A DNA stretch of 63,868 nt, the filler included, from Nitrospinae bacterium RIFCSPLOWO2_12_FULL_45_22 (GTDB taxonomy: Bacteria > 2-12-FULL-45-22), in assembly GCA_001803565.1 (NCBI GenBank). It is 4 parts of 4 records of this genome, joined end to end, with 100 filler letters (N's around TTAATTAATTAA, not from the genome) between each part and the next. Parts side by side here need not be neighbours in the genome. Positions count along the whole stretch, not along the records: positions 1 to 26,289 come from MHDQ01000130.1; 3 more parts are not named here. One strand, 5' to 3'. The first letter of the stretch is position 1. Each line of letters opens with the position of its first letter. The notes beneath the pieces were generated by a model. The model was not told the DNA's origin and made no database searches. It worked only from the letters and a program-made list of their open reading frames with translations. Position numbers and translations under genes: made by a program. Positions 11,765 to 22,730 of the stretch are shown here, piece after piece.

Positions 11765-12081
11765 TGGTGGCCATATCTATATTTATTATTCTGGTTGGAC
11801 TCTTTTTCTTGCTCGCAGGAACTATTGGGCTGTTGCGTTTCCCCGATTTTTATACCAGGATGCACGCTGCGGGAAAATGCGATACGCTAGGGGTCTTATT
11901 ATGTCTTATAGGTATGGCCTTGTATAATGGATTTTCCTTAATTAGTATAAAAATAATGTTTATCGCTGTCTTTATCTTTTTAACTAGTCCTACTGCCACC
12001 CATTCTATAGCTAGGGCAGCAATGAACTGTGGTATCACCCCTTGGTCAAAGGATGAGGAAGGGGGAAGGATAGAGGGATGA
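11764..12081 (+). CDS. mrpG: Mrp antiporter subunit G
   Basis: RFPDFYTRMHAA motif. Confidence 0.92.
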   Translation: MVAISIFIILVGLFFLLAGTIGLLRFPDFYTRMHAAGKCDTLGVLLCLIGMALYNGFSLISIKIMFIAVFIFLTSPTATHSIARAAMNCGITPWSKDEEGGRIEG

Positions 12082-12323
12082 TATGGCAACTGGATCTTAT
12101 ATTGCTCCTCTTTGTGGTTATATGCGGGATAGCTGCTATTAGTGTAAAGGACCTTTTGAGTGCCGTCATTCTCCTTGGCCTTTATAGTTTCCTTATGTGC
12201 CTGCTATGGACAGAGATGGGGGCAGTGGATGTGGCCTTCACAGAGGCATCTGTAGGGGCCGGTATCGGTACAGTTTTATATATAGCTGCCGTATATAAAA
12301 CTACAAGGAGGTCAAAGGATTGA
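12078..12323 (+). CDS. Mrp/Mbh subunit (DUF4040, MbhD-like split domain)
   Basis: AVDVAFTEASVGAG motif. Confidence 0.85.
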   Translation: MIWQLDLILLLFVVICGIAAISVKDLLSAVILLGLYSFLMCLLWTEMGAVDVAFTEASVGAGIGTVLYIAAVYKTTRRSKD

Positions 12324-12595
12324 GATTTCTCAATTTTATCTTGGTAGCTATAGCTGGAGGAATACTCATTTACTCTACGGTAGATATGCCTCCTTGGGCT
12401 GATCCAAGCTCTCCGGCCAGTGTTCATGTATCGCCTAGATATATCGAAAAAACGCTGGAAGAGACAGCCACACCCAATGTGGTCACCTCAGTCCTTGCTG
12501 ATTACCGGGGATATGATACCTTGGGTGAAACTACGGTCATTTTTACCGCAGGGATGTGTTGTATATTACTACTGCGGAGGGTTAGCAAAAGATGA
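12320..12595 (+). CDS. Mrp/Mbh subunit (MbhE-like split domain)
   Basis: NVVTSVLADYRGYDTLGE motif. Confidence 0.85.
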   Translation: MRFLNFILVAIAGGILIYSTVDMPPWADPSSPASVHVSPRYIEKTLEETATPNVVTSVLADYRGYDTLGETTVIFTAGMCCILLLRRVSKR

Positions 12596-13029
12596 TATCC
12601 AGATATGAAAGTATAATTATAACTACCCTTTGTAAGCTACTCATACCGGTTATTCAACTCTATGGCCTCTATGTGATCATGCATGGACATAGCAGCCCAG
12701 GCGGAGGTTTTCAAGGAGGGGTTATTTTGGGGGCAAGCTTCATCTTGTTGGTTATCTCTCATGGATTGGATGAAGTAAAGAAGCGGATGAGCGAAAAGTT
12801 GAATACTATATTTTGCAGCTTTGGGCTATTGATATATGCTGGGCTGGGAGTGTTAGCCTTAATCTTCGGGGGAAACTACCTGGATTATGGTCATCTTCCC
12901 ATTCCTGTGACTATAGCAGAGGCAAGATATTTAGGTATTTTGGGCATCGAGATTGGGGTAGGGATTACGGTAATGGCCGTTATGATCTCTATTTTCCTGG
13001 ATATATCTTCTGTTGGAGAGCAGGAATGA
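12592..13029 (+). CDS. mrpB: Mrp antiporter subunit B
   Basis: GHSSPGGGFQGG motif. Confidence 0.9.
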   Translation: MISRYESIIITTLCKLLIPVIQLYGLYVIMHGHSSPGGGFQGGVILGASFILLVISHGLDEVKKRMSEKLNTIFCSFGLLIYAGLGVLALIFGGNYLDYGHLPIPVTIAEARYLGILGIEIGVGITVMAVMISIFLDISSVGEQE

Positions 13030-13409
13030 TAGAATACATAATTAGCAAGTATAATTACTGGATTTATATAGTGCTTATGATGATAGGCTTTTATGCTATG
13101 ATTAGCAAAAGGAATTTGATGAAGAAGCTTATCGGGATGACCATATTCCAGACAGCCATAATTCTCTTCTACATCTCCATTGGTGTGAAGAGGGATGCAA
13201 CTATACCTATCGTCCCGGAGCATTCCCATGAGGCTATTAAGGCCCTTGAATATGTCAACCCCTTACCTCATGTGCTTATGCTTACTGCTATAGTAGTAAT
13301 GGTAAGTACTAGTGGGGTTGCCCTAGCGCTATTGATAATGATTTATAAGAGGTATAAGACCATAGAAGAAGATGAGATTTTGAAGCTCAGGCAAGAGGCG
13401 GGGGCTTGA
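13026..13409 (+). CDS. mrpC: Mrp antiporter subunit C
   Basis: NPLPHVLMLTAIVV motif. ATG 13026 overlaps the mrpB stop, so the longer ORF call from 12813 is an over-extension. Confidence 0.9.
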   Translation: MIEYIISKYNYWIYIVLMMIGFYAMISKRNLMKKLIGMTIFQTAIILFYISIGVKRDATIPIVPEHSHEAIKALEYVNPLPHVLMLTAIVVMVSTSGVALALLIMIYKRYKTIEEDEILKLRQEAGA

Positions 13410-13413
13410 GAGC

Positions 13414-14907
13414 ATGAGCCATTCCCCCATCTTAATAATAATTATACCCCTCATATCCTCCTTTTTTGTCCCACTGATTGGATGGCGGAAGAAAAATCTT
13501 TGCTATCCTCTGGTGGTTCTAGCCCTTTTCATCTCCTCAATTTTATCCTTGTATATTATGGGTTCTGTAATAACGCACGGGTCTATTTATTATCGCCTAG
13601 GGGGTTGGGAACCTCCCTGGGGTATAGAGTATAGAATCGATTACCTGAACGGATTCATGGCAGTCATAGTATCATTTATCAGCTTTCTGGTAGCCATTTA
13701 TTCCCGGAGAAGCGGTGAGCAAGAATTGCCTGATCGGATTGTCCACTTCTATTGTATATTTCTTTTACTGGTCACTGGACTTTTAGGGATGGTAGTTACA
13801 GGAGATATGTTTAATCTCTATGTTTTCTTAGAAATAGCCTCTTTAGCTGCCTATGCCCTCATAGCCATAGGAGAGGACGGGGCCCTTATGGGCAGTTTTA
13901 ATTACCTAATTATGGGGACTATCGGTGCCTGTTTCTATCTTCTGGGTGTAGGATACCTCTACATAGTTACTGGTTCTCTTAATATGAATGACCTATCTCA
14001 GATATTACCTGGACTATATCATTCCAGAGTGGTACGGACGGCCTTTGCCTTATTTATAGTTGGTTTAGCCCTAAAGATGGGCCTTTTCCCTTTACATACA
14101 TGGCTACCAGATGCTTATACCCATGCCCCATCCGCTGTGAGTGCATTGCTGGCTTCAGTGATGAGCAAAGTTTCAGTTTATATAATGATAAGGATTATGT
14201 TTACAGTATTTAACCCTTATTTTTCCATAGAGCTTATTCCTATAACCACTATGCTAAGTTGGACGGCCGGGATTGCTATCCTTTTCGGAGAAATCATGGC
14301 TATTGTCCAACCCGATTTAAAAAGAATGCTGGCTTATTCCTCCGTCGCCCAGATAGGCTATATAGTGTTAGGCATAGGATTGGCTAATACTATGGGCCTC
14401 ACAGGCAGCCTCCTCCATGTCCTTAATCATGCCCTTACGAAGGGCTGTCTATTCTTAGGGGCCGGGGCAATAACTTATAGGAGGGGGACGAGGGATATCC
14501 GTCAATTGGGGTATTTACATGTAGAAATGCCTTTTACTATGGCTGCCTTTACTATAGCTGCCCTTTCCATGATAGGGATACCCCCTACCTGTGGTTTTTT
14601 CAGTAAATATTATTTAATCCTTGGGGCAATAGATGCAAGACAATGGATATGGGTGATAATTCTGCTATTAAGTAGCTTACTTAATGCTATATTTTTCTTT
14701 AGGGTTATAGAGAATGCATACTTTAAGCCCTTAGGGGTGATTCATGAATCTTCTTACGATAGAGGAGAACAAGAAGAGGCCAATGAAGTTCCCCTAGGTA
14801 TGCTTATCCCTATACTTGCATTGGCAGCAGCAATCATTCTCACAGGTATCTTTAGTGGCAAAATCATCTCTACTATAATACAGTTTGCTATCCCGGAAGG
14901 GATATAA
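13414..14907 (+). CDS. mrpD: Mrp antiporter subunit D (copy 1)
   Basis: FNLYVFLE, KMGLFPLHTWLPDAY and LAYSS motifs. Confidence 0.9.
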   Translation: MSHSPILIIIIPLISSFFVPLIGWRKKNLCYPLVVLALFISSILSLYIMGSVITHGSIYYRLGGWEPPWGIEYRIDYLNGFMAVIVSFISFLVAIYSRRSGEQELPDRIVHFYCIFLLLVTGLLGMVVTGDMFNLYVFLEIASLAAYALIAIGEDGALMGSFNYLIMGTIGACFYLLGVGYLYIVTGSLNMNDLSQILPGLYHSRVVRTAFALFIVGLALKMGLFPLHTWLPDAYTHAPSAVSALLASVMSKVSVYIMIRIMFTVFNPYFSIELIPITTMLSWTAGIAILFGEIMAIVQPDLKRMLAYSSVAQIGYIVLGIGLANTMGLTGSLLHVLNHALTKGCLFLGAGAITYRRGTRDIRQLGYLHVEMPFTMAAFTIAALSMIGIPPTCGFFSKYYLILGAIDARQWIWVIILLLSSLLNAIFFFRVIENAYFKPLGVIHESSYDRGEQEEANEVPLGMLIPILALAAAIILTGIFSGKIISTIIQFAIPEGI

Positions 14908-14915
14908 AACAGATT

Positions 14916-16397
14916 ATGGACATTATTTCTATAAGACCCCTATTAGCGGTTCTGATGGGTATGATAGGTGCTTTTTTTATATTGCTTGCTGGAGAGAGGC
15001 ATAAAAATATTAGGGAATTCTCCACCATTCTGGCCTCTGTGGCCAAATTCTTGCTGGTTTTTTCCATGGTTCCTTTTGTTTTTGAGGGAAAGACTTTAGT
15101 ATATGACCTCATTACCCTGGCCCCTGGACTTTTACTGGAGTTCAAGGTGGATACTTTTGGTATTTTCTTCGGGGTTTTAGCTTCTTTTCTCTGGATTATT
15201 ACCTCTATATACTCCATTGGCTACATGAGAGGTCTCCAGGAACATGCCCAGACCAGGTATTTTTTCTGTTTTGCTATGGCCCTTTCTGCTACTATGGGAA
15301 TTGCCTTTGCCGGGAACCTCCTTACCCTTTTTATCTTTTATGAGATATTAACTATAACCACCTACCCCCTTGTGGTTCACAAAGAGACGGCTGAAGCCAT
15401 AAAAGCCGGCAGGAAATATCTTGTTTATACCCTTACTGGCGGAGTAACTATCCTCTTCTCCATTGCCTTCACTTATCATCTCACCGGGAGCCTCGATTTT
15501 GTGGGGGGAGGATTTTTGCAGGATCATGGGTCGAAGAATGTTCTCACCTTGCTTTTTATCACTTTTATCTTAGGCTTTGGGGTAAAGGCTGCGATTATGC
15601 CTTTACATGAATGGCTACCCACAGCCATGATCGCTCCCATTCCTGTTAGTGCCTTACTGCATGCGGTAGCCGTAGTCAAGGCCGGGGTATTTGGATGTCT
15701 AAGGGTCATCTTATATGTCTTTGGTCCTGCACTCCTCCATGAGTTAGACCTTTGGTGGATGTTGGCTTATTTTGTCTCCTTCACTATAGTTGTATCAGGT
15801 ATATTTGCCTTAGTTCAGGACAATTTGAAGGTAAGGCTTGCCTTTTCTACCATAAACGCTTTATCCATTATTATTTTAGGGGCAGCTTTGCTTTCCCCCA
15901 GTGCGGTAAAGGGTGGAATCCTTCATATAGCCAATCATGGCTTTATGAAGATTACCCTCTTTTTCTGTGCCGGTGCCATTTATGTAAAAACTCATAAAGA
16001 AAAGGTAAGTGAATTAGATGGTTTAGCCAGGCAGATGCCCTTTACCATGGGTTCCTTTGCTATAGGAGCTATGGGATTGGCTGGAATACCACCTATATGT
16101 GGATTTATAAGTAAGTGGTACCTATGCCTAGGGGCTTTAGAGGCTCACGAAATCACCTTTCTTTTTGTATTACTTATAAGTGCTATGCTGGATGCGGCTT
16201 ACTTCTTCCCCATAATATATAATTCCTTATTTAAAAGGTCTCAAGAAATTAATCCAACCTTTAATGAGGCCCCCTGGCTTATATTAGTACCAATGTTGAT
16301 AGCAGCCATCATATCTATAATCCTGGGGATTGCTCCTGATGCCTTTGTCCACTTTTTTAAGATGGCCGCCCTCATAGGGCAGAATACATTACATTAG
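14916..16397 (+). CDS. Mrp antiporter subunit D family (copy 2)
   Basis: KAAIMPLHEWLP and HAVAVVKAG motifs; NuoL/M/N-like. Confidence 0.88.
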   Translation: MDIISIRPLLAVLMGMIGAFFILLAGERHKNIREFSTILASVAKFLLVFSMVPFVFEGKTLVYDLITLAPGLLLEFKVDTFGIFFGVLASFLWIITSIYSIGYMRGLQEHAQTRYFFCFAMALSATMGIAFAGNLLTLFIFYEILTITTYPLVVHKETAEAIKAGRKYLVYTLTGGVTILFSIAFTYHLTGSLDFVGGGFLQDHGSKNVLTLLFITFILGFGVKAAIMPLHEWLPTAMIAPIPVSALLHAVAVVKAGVFGCLRVILYVFGPALLHELDLWWMLAYFVSFTIVVSGIFALVQDNLKVRLAFSTINALSIIILGAALLSPSAVKGGILHIANHGFMKITLFFCAGAIYVKTHKEKVSELDGLARQMPFTMGSFAIGAMGLAGIPPICGFISKWYLCLGALEAHEITFLFVLLISAMLDAAYFFPIIYNSLFKRSQEINPTFNEAPWLILVPMLIAAIISIILGIAPDAFVHFFKMAALIGQNTLH

Positions 16398-16533
16398 TTA
16401 ATGTCCGTTGTCCGTATTTAGTTGTCCGTATTAATTGATGGTCTACGGACTACTGGCAACGGACCACGGACACTATCAAAAAAGGGTGGGCCCTTGTAGC
16501 CGTAAAAAAAGGAAATTCCTATACGCTTAAGCT

Positions 16534-16740
16534 ATGAAAAAAGTATTATTTTTTATCAGTATTATTCTGGCTTGTTTAGCAGATCTTTTTATCTCTCATC
16601 ATGACCATGCCCCTTTTTGGTGGCATAAACTGCCGGCATTTGATGCCCTTTATGGATTCATAGGGGGCATTTTGCTTATAATAGTAGCTCAGGCATTGGG
16701 CCGTTATTGGCTTCAGAAGGATGCGGATTATTATGATTAA
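16534..16740 (+). CDS. Small two-TM protein of the Mrp operon
   Basis: 68 aa, coupled to the next gene, ending W..LP.F.ALYGF...DYYD. Confidence 0.7.
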   Translation: MKKVLFFISIILACLADLFISHHDHAPFWWHKLPAFDALYGFIGGILLIIVAQALGRYWLQKDADYYD

Positions 16741-18553
16741 ACCACTACCCCCGGCGGCTATATTCATTCTAGGAGCTCTCCTTATTCCCCTGGCAAGGAC
16801 TAAGAGACTGAAGCAATTAATCCTGCTCCTGGTTCCAGCGGTGGCTTTTTTGGATCTTCTGTATATGTCCCATGGCATCTACTGGATCTATCCTTTTTTA
16901 GGATATGAGCTTGTCCTTGGCAAGGTGGATAAACTGAGCATGTGTTTTGGATACATTTTTGTTATCGTAGCTTTCCTGGGAATGATCTATGCCATCCATG
17001 TAAAAGAAGATGGACAACATATAGCCACATTCTTCCACATAGGAAGTAGCCTGGGGGTTGTCTTTGCCGGAGATCTTTTTACCTTGTTAATTTTTTGGGA
17101 GATCATGGCGGTCTCTGGGGTATTCCTTATCTGGTATCAAAGGGACAAAGCTGCCCTTGATGCAGGATTCAGATATATCTTGGTACACCTATTTGGTGGG
17201 TCTTGTTTACTGGCTGGCATTATAATCCATGTGGTGAACAGGGGAGCTATTGAATTTGGGCCCATAGAATATGAAGGATTAAGCTCTCAACTTATCCTCA
17301 TTGCTTTTATAATAAATGCGGCTGTACCTCCCCTTCACGCCTGGTTAACTGATGCCTACCCTGAGGGAACGGTCACAGGAAGTGTATTTTTGACCGCCTT
17401 TGTTACAAAAAGTGCGGTATATGTGCTAGCCAGGGCTTTCCCAGGGGTTGAGCTTCTTATGTGGCTAGGGGCAGTAATGGCGGTATATGGTGTTGTCTTT
17501 GCGGTACTGGAAAATGACATTCGACGGCTTCTAGCTTATCACATCGTTAGCCAGGTAGGGTATATGGTATGCGGGGTTGGAATAGGGGGAGAGATGGCCA
17601 TAGATGGTGCTACTGCCCATGCCTTTTGCCATATCTTATATAAGGCCCTGCTTTTCATGGGTGCTGGTGCGGTAATCTACACCACAGGAAAGAAAAAGCT
17701 TAACCAACTAGAAGGGATAGGCTTGTATAAGAAAATGCCCATTACTCTTACCCTTTATATGATAGGTGCCTTCTCCATCTCTGGTGTACCATTTTTTAAC
17801 GGATTTATAAGCAAGTCAATGGTAGTCTCAGCAGCAGCCTTGAAACATGAGCCTGTCATAGAGCTTATGCTATATCTGGCCTCCATAGGAACATTCCTCC
17901 ATACAGGCCTGAAACTTCCTTACTATACCTTTTTCGGTAGACCTTCTGAAAAGGGAGAGATAGAGGCTAAAGAGCCGCCTTTCAATATGTTACTGGCTAT
18001 GGGTTTGACTTCCTTTTTATGCATCCTTATAGGTTGTTATCCAAAGATACTCTATGATATTCTCCCCTATCCAGTGGATTACCATCCTTATACACCTGAC
18101 CATGTGATAGGGGCGATCCAGTTGCTGTTATTGACTGGGGCAGCATTTTGGTTGTACATAGACAAACTTCGCGGCGAGCCAACCATCACCCTTGACACAG
18201 ATTGGTTCTACAGAAAGCCAGCTAAAGCTTTTCTATGGCTATGTGATATCCCCTTGAACAACTTTAGACTCACAGTACAGGATTTTCTTTCCAAGGCAGT
18301 AGGCTTCTTAACGGAATTAAGTAAGAATCCTTATACTGCTCCCACGGTATTGGTTCTATCAACCCAAATAAGTATTACCAAAGCCCTTAATGGCTTGCGG
18401 GGACAACCATATCCGGATAAAGTGGTGGAATTAAAAAAGAAGCTAAAGGGTATAAATGGTATCATTTATATTGAAAATAGGTATAAAAATCCCCTCGCTT
18501 TAAACATCTCTTTAGTCCTAATATTTCTTTTATTATGTACATTGTTTGTGTAA
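16733..18553 (+). CDS. Mrp antiporter subunit D/A family (copy 3)
   Basis: PPLHAWLTDAYP and LAYHIVSQVGYM motifs. Start is 16721 or 16733. Confidence 0.88.
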   Translation: MIKPLPPAAIFILGALLIPLARTKRLKQLILLLVPAVAFLDLLYMSHGIYWIYPFLGYELVLGKVDKLSMCFGYIFVIVAFLGMIYAIHVKEDGQHIATFFHIGSSLGVVFAGDLFTLLIFWEIMAVSGVFLIWYQRDKAALDAGFRYILVHLFGGSCLLAGIIIHVVNRGAIEFGPIEYEGLSSQLILIAFIINAAVPPLHAWLTDAYPEGTVTGSVFLTAFVTKSAVYVLARAFPGVELLMWLGAVMAVYGVVFAVLENDIRRLLAYHIVSQVGYMVCGVGIGGEMAIDGATAHAFCHILYKALLFMGAGAVIYTTGKKKLNQLEGIGLYKKMPITLTLYMIGAFSISGVPFFNGFISKSMVVSAAALKHEPVIELMLYLASIGTFLHTGLKLPYYTFFGRPSEKGEIEAKEPPFNMLLAMGLTSFLCILIGCYPKILYDILPYPVDYHPYTPDHVIGAIQLLLLTGAAFWLYIDKLRGEPTITLDTDWFYRKPAKAFLWLCDIPLNNFRLTVQDFLSKAVGFLTELSKNPYTAPTVLVLSTQISITKALNGLRGQPYPDKVVELKKKLKGINGIIYIENRYKNPLALNISLVLIFLLLCTLFV

Positions 18554-18649
18554 TTGTCCAGAATATACTCTTGTACTAAGAAACCGCTGTAAGGATCTTG
18601 GAAGTTGTATAGGCATTGTAACAAAGGATAGGCATCCCTTGAGCGAATA

Positions 18650-19237
18650 ATGTTGAAGAAATTATACCATTGGGTTTTACATTGGGCAGATACACCTTAT
18701 GGCTCCTGGGCCTTGGCCCTGAATGCCTTCTCTGAATCGTCTTTTTTCCCTATCCCACCGGATGCCTTATTGATAGCCATGGGGATTGCGGCCCCCAAGA
18801 GGTCTTTGCGATTCGCCTTTATTTGTTCCCTCTCCTCGGTCTTAGGGGGTATCTTTGGCTATTATATAGGCCTGTATTTCATGGAGCTTATTGGGTTCTA
18901 TATCCTTAACGTTTATGGCTTTAAAGCCCTGGATAAATACCACTATGTCCAGCAACTATACCAGCAGTATGATGCCTGGGCAGTAGGGATAGCCGGCTTT
19001 ACCCCTATACCGTATAAAGTCTTTACTATTGCTGCGGGGGCCTTCAAGATAAATTTTGCTGTCTTTGTCCTGGCCTCAGTCATCAGCCGTTCCGCCCGGT
19101 TCTATCTGGTAGCAGGATTGCTCTACTGGTTTGGGGAACCTATTAAGACCTTTATTGATAAATACTTTAACCTCCTCTCTATCCTGTTTATTATTTTGCT
19201 TATCCTGGGCTTTCTGCTAATACGCTGGGTATTATAA
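18650..19237 (+). CDS. DedA/YqaA family membrane protein
   Basis: ESSFFPIPPD and FTPIPYKVFTI motifs. Confidence 0.9.
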   Translation: MLKKLYHWVLHWADTPYGSWALALNAFSESSFFPIPPDALLIAMGIAAPKRSLRFAFICSLSSVLGGIFGYYIGLYFMELIGFYILNVYGFKALDKYHYVQQLYQQYDAWAVGIAGFTPIPYKVFTIAAGAFKINFAVFVLASVISRSARFYLVAGLLYWFGEPIKTFIDKYFNLLSILFIILLILGFLLIRWVL

Positions 19238-19244
19238 TTAGGTT

Positions 19245-19419
19245 GTAATCGTTCAGCCACTAGGGCACTAAATCACCAAGGAGCGAAAAATGAGATGGAA
19301 AGAGTCGAGCAAGCTCTGCAATATGTATGCAGCTTACGCCATATACTGGCTAAATGATCTTGTGGTTTGGTGTCTTCGTGCCTTAGTGGCAGAGAAAGGT
19401 TACCCAAGTGAACGGTTAG
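19245..19419. mobile_element. GTAAYCGTTCA...TGAACGGTTA MITE carrying a GCCAC..GTGGC REP-like hairpin
   Basis: Same terminal repeats as 24143-24297, 37314-37500, 49566-49765 and 63065-63205. Confidence 0.7.
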
Positions 19420-19437
19420 TCATAAAGTTTATATTCC

Positions 19438-20526
19438 ATGAATGAGAAGAAAAACTTATATGTAGTTATTATGGCTGGGGGAAAAGGAACCCGTTTCTGG
19501 CCCCGTAGTCGAGAGAAGTGCCCCAAACAATTCTTGAATATAGTTGGCCAGAAGAGTATGCTGCAACAGACCGTAGACAGAGTCCGGCCAGTGATAGACT
19601 TCGATAAAATCTTAGTGGTAACCTCGCAGGAGCAGTCCCTGTTAGTCCAGGAACAATTACCAGACTTGCCTGCTAGCAATATCCTGGTAGAACCGATGGG
19701 CAAAAATACCGCCCCCTGCCTGGGCCTAGCAGCCGTCTATATTAGCCGGATGGAACCAAAGAGCTTGATGTGTGCCCTACCCGCAGATCATCTTATCGAG
19801 GAAGAGGAAGAGTTCAGGAAAATTTTAGGTATAGCACAGCAATTCCTGGAGGGCCATGACTATTTGGTTACTCTGGGTATCCAGCCTACGCGGCCTGAGA
19901 CCGGGTATGGTTATATTCAGGCAGGAGAGGAGTTGCTGAGTTTAGCAGATAAAAAGATCTTTCGGGCTGCCCGCTTTATTGAGAAACCCGAAGTAAGCGT
20001 GGCTGAAAGGCTTTTTAGTAGTGGTCAGTATCTATGGAACAGTGGCATGTTTATCTGGCGTACCAATACCCTTCTGCACGAGATACAGAAACATCTACCA
20101 AATTTGTGCCAGGGCTTAGAGGCAATCGGCTTAGCCCTTGGTACCCCGAAGGAGGCTGATGTTATCAGGGAGGTATATGCGGAGCTGGAAGCAGTATCTA
20201 TAGACAAGGGGGTAATGGAAAAGACCTCCAGGGTAGCAGTCATCCCCGGTCAATTCGGCTGGAGTGATGTAGGTAGCTGGAATTCGCTCTACGATCTCCT
20301 ACCAACTGATGCCTCCAGCAATATTATTATGGGTAAGCACCAGGGTATAGAGTCCCAGGGCTGTTTGATCTTCAGTCCCGATAAACTGGTAGCTACTATT
20401 GGTCTGCAGAATATTATCATTATCAATACCGAAGATGCCTTACTGATCTGTCCCAAAGAGCAGGGACAAAAGATAAAGGACCTGGTAGAAAAACTAAAAC
20501 AAAAAGGTCTGGATCAATATTTATGA
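19438..20526 (+). CDS. manC: Mannose-1-phosphate guanylyltransferase
   Basis: MAGGKGTRFWP..R, PKQFL, EKP, WNSG and WSDVGSW motifs. Confidence 0.93.
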   Translation: MNEKKNLYVVIMAGGKGTRFWPRSREKCPKQFLNIVGQKSMLQQTVDRVRPVIDFDKILVVTSQEQSLLVQEQLPDLPASNILVEPMGKNTAPCLGLAAVYISRMEPKSLMCALPADHLIEEEEEFRKILGIAQQFLEGHDYLVTLGIQPTRPETGYGYIQAGEELLSLADKKIFRAARFIEKPEVSVAERLFSSGQYLWNSGMFIWRTNTLLHEIQKHLPNLCQGLEAIGLALGTPKEADVIREVYAELEAVSIDKGVMEKTSRVAVIPGQFGWSDVGSWNSLYDLLPTDASSNIIMGKHQGIESQGCLIFSPDKLVATIGLQNIIIINTEDALLICPKEQGQKIKDLVEKLKQKGLDQYL

Positions 20527-21332
20527 TGGATACTGCACAAGGTATTATTCTGGGGCTAATACAGGGGCTAACCGAGTTTCTGCCTATCAGCAGCTCTGCC
20601 CACCTGGTTATAGTGCAACATTTACTGGGCTTAAAAGAGCCCATGCTTCTGTTCTATATTATACTTCACCTGGGCACTCTAGGGGCAGTAATAGCGGTCT
20701 TTTGGCCAGATTTAAAAAAGCTATGGCAGGAAGAACTATTGCCTGTGGTTGAGGGTTTTAACAGTAATCCCGGGTTTCGATCAGCCTTATGCCGGGCACG
20801 GATGACTATCCTTATCCTGCTGGCTACTATACCCACGGGACTCATAGGCTATCTCTTTAAAAAGCCGCTAGAATCCCTCTTTACCTCTCCGCATGCCGTT
20901 GGATTTGCCCTGTGTCTCACTGGGACCTTACTCTGGTTTACTAAATATTGCAAAAAGAAGGATGGTACCATAAAGACTTATCAGGCGCTGCTTATTGGTC
21001 TGGCCCAGGGCATAGCCATTACTCCAGGAATATCTCGCTCCGGCACTACTATTGCCACGGGCCTCTTCCTGGGATTATCCGGCGAATTGGCTGCCCGCTT
21101 TTCTTTCCTTTTATCTATTCCAGCTATCCTGAGTGCGGTATCACTGGAGCTAAGTAGTTCCACTATCTCTACCCATACTCCATTCTTGCCTACTCTTCTC
21201 GGTACCCTTACAGCCGCCCTGATGGGCTACCTGGCCCTGAGATACTTGCTCAAGGTCATCAGTCACGGCAAATTATACCATTTCTCTTACTATTGCTGGT
21301 TATTAGGGGCTCTTGCACTTGTTCTGTTATAA
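20523..21332 (+). CDS. uppP: Undecaprenyl-diphosphate phosphatase
   Basis: QGLTEFLPISSSAH and PGISRSG motifs. Confidence 0.95.
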   Translation: MMDTAQGIILGLIQGLTEFLPISSSAHLVIVQHLLGLKEPMLLFYIILHLGTLGAVIAVFWPDLKKLWQEELLPVVEGFNSNPGFRSALCRARMTILILLATIPTGLIGYLFKKPLESLFTSPHAVGFALCLTGTLLWFTKYCKKKDGTIKTYQALLIGLAQGIAITPGISRSGTTIATGLFLGLSGELAARFSFLLSIPAILSAVSLELSSSTISTHTPFLPTLLGTLTAALMGYLALRYLLKVISHGKLYHFSYYCWLLGALALVLL

Positions 21333-21501
21333 AGATATCTCCCTATCCCCATAATCTCCAAATCTCCTTTTCTTACCCAGACCTTTCCTGCCAGATTGAG
21401 GATTAAGGCAGTTGCATAACACTGGCTAATAGCATATTATGATCAACTAGGATAGGCCCAGGGACAATCAATATTTAATCTTTTCTGGAGGTGGTATCAA
21501 C

Positions 21502-22685
21502 ATGGTAGAGAAGAATGGGCGGCTAGGCATAGTGGTAGGTGGCGGGCCGGCACCCGGCATAAATGGGGTGATAAGTGCAGCAACCATTGAAGCCCTTAAC
21601 GAAGGAATTAAGGTAATAGGTATCTATGATGGGTTTCACTGGTTAGCCCAGGGCGACATCAGCCATATTACCGACTTGACTATCAAAGATGTATCCCGCA
21701 TCCATACTACCGGCGGTTCTATCTTAAGGACATCCAGAGAAAATCCGGCTAAAAACCCGGAAAAACTAAGCCGGGCATTGGATGCCCTGCAAAGATTAAA
21801 TATTCGATATTTACTGATTATTGGTGGTGACGATACTTGCTTTACTGCTGCCCGGATAGCAGAGACGGCTCAAGGGGTTATCTCAGTGGCTCATGTGCCT
21901 AAAACTATTGATAATGACCTGCCTCTGCCTGATAACGATGTCACCTTTGGCTTCCAATCCGCCCGCCATGTAGGAGTGACCTTAGTTCAAAGCCTGATGG
22001 AAGATGCTAAAACTACTGGCCGTTGGTATTTTATCGTAACTATGGGCAGGCAGTCCGGGTTTCTGGCCCTGGGTATTGGTAAGGCCGCAGGGGCTACCCT
22101 AACTATCATTGCGGAGGAATTCAAGGAAGAACATATTAGTCTGCGACACCTGTGTGATATTATCGAGGCAGCTATTATAAAGAGGAAGTCTATGGGCCAT
22201 GACCATGGCGTCCTTATCATCTCCGAGGGGATAGGCGAGAGATTGGCCCCAGAAGAACTTGATGGGCTAGAGAGTATGGAGCGGGACGAGTTTGACCATC
22301 CCAGACTCTCAGAACTGGATCTAGGAAAGGTGGTAAAAGAAGAGATAAAAAAACGCTGGGCTAATCGGAGTCACAAGGTTACTATTGTAGAAAAAGATAT
22401 TGGCTACGAATTGAGGAGCTGCCCCCCTATCCCTTTCGATTGTGAGTATACCAGAGATTTAGGTTATGGGGCGGCAAGATTTCTTTTAAAGGGCGGCACC
22501 GGGGCCTTGATAACCCTGCGGGGTGGTAATCTGGAACCCATCCCTTTTAATAAGATCATAGACTCACAAACCGGCAAAATAAGGGTCCGGATGGTAAATA
22601 CTAATACAGAATCTTATCAGGTAGCATTAAAATACATGATTAGACTGGAGAGAGAAGACCTGGAAGACCCGGAAACCCTCAGGGG
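21502..22685 (+). CDS. pfp: Pyrophosphate-dependent 6-phosphofructokinase; 3' end falls in an N gap
   Basis: GGGPAPG, GGDDT, PKTIDND, MGR and GYELR motifs. Interrupted by the gap at 22686-22703. Confidence 0.9.
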
Positions 22686-22730
22686 NNNNNNNNNNNNNNN
22701 NNNATTTAGTTTATTAAGGAGGGGCGGGAT

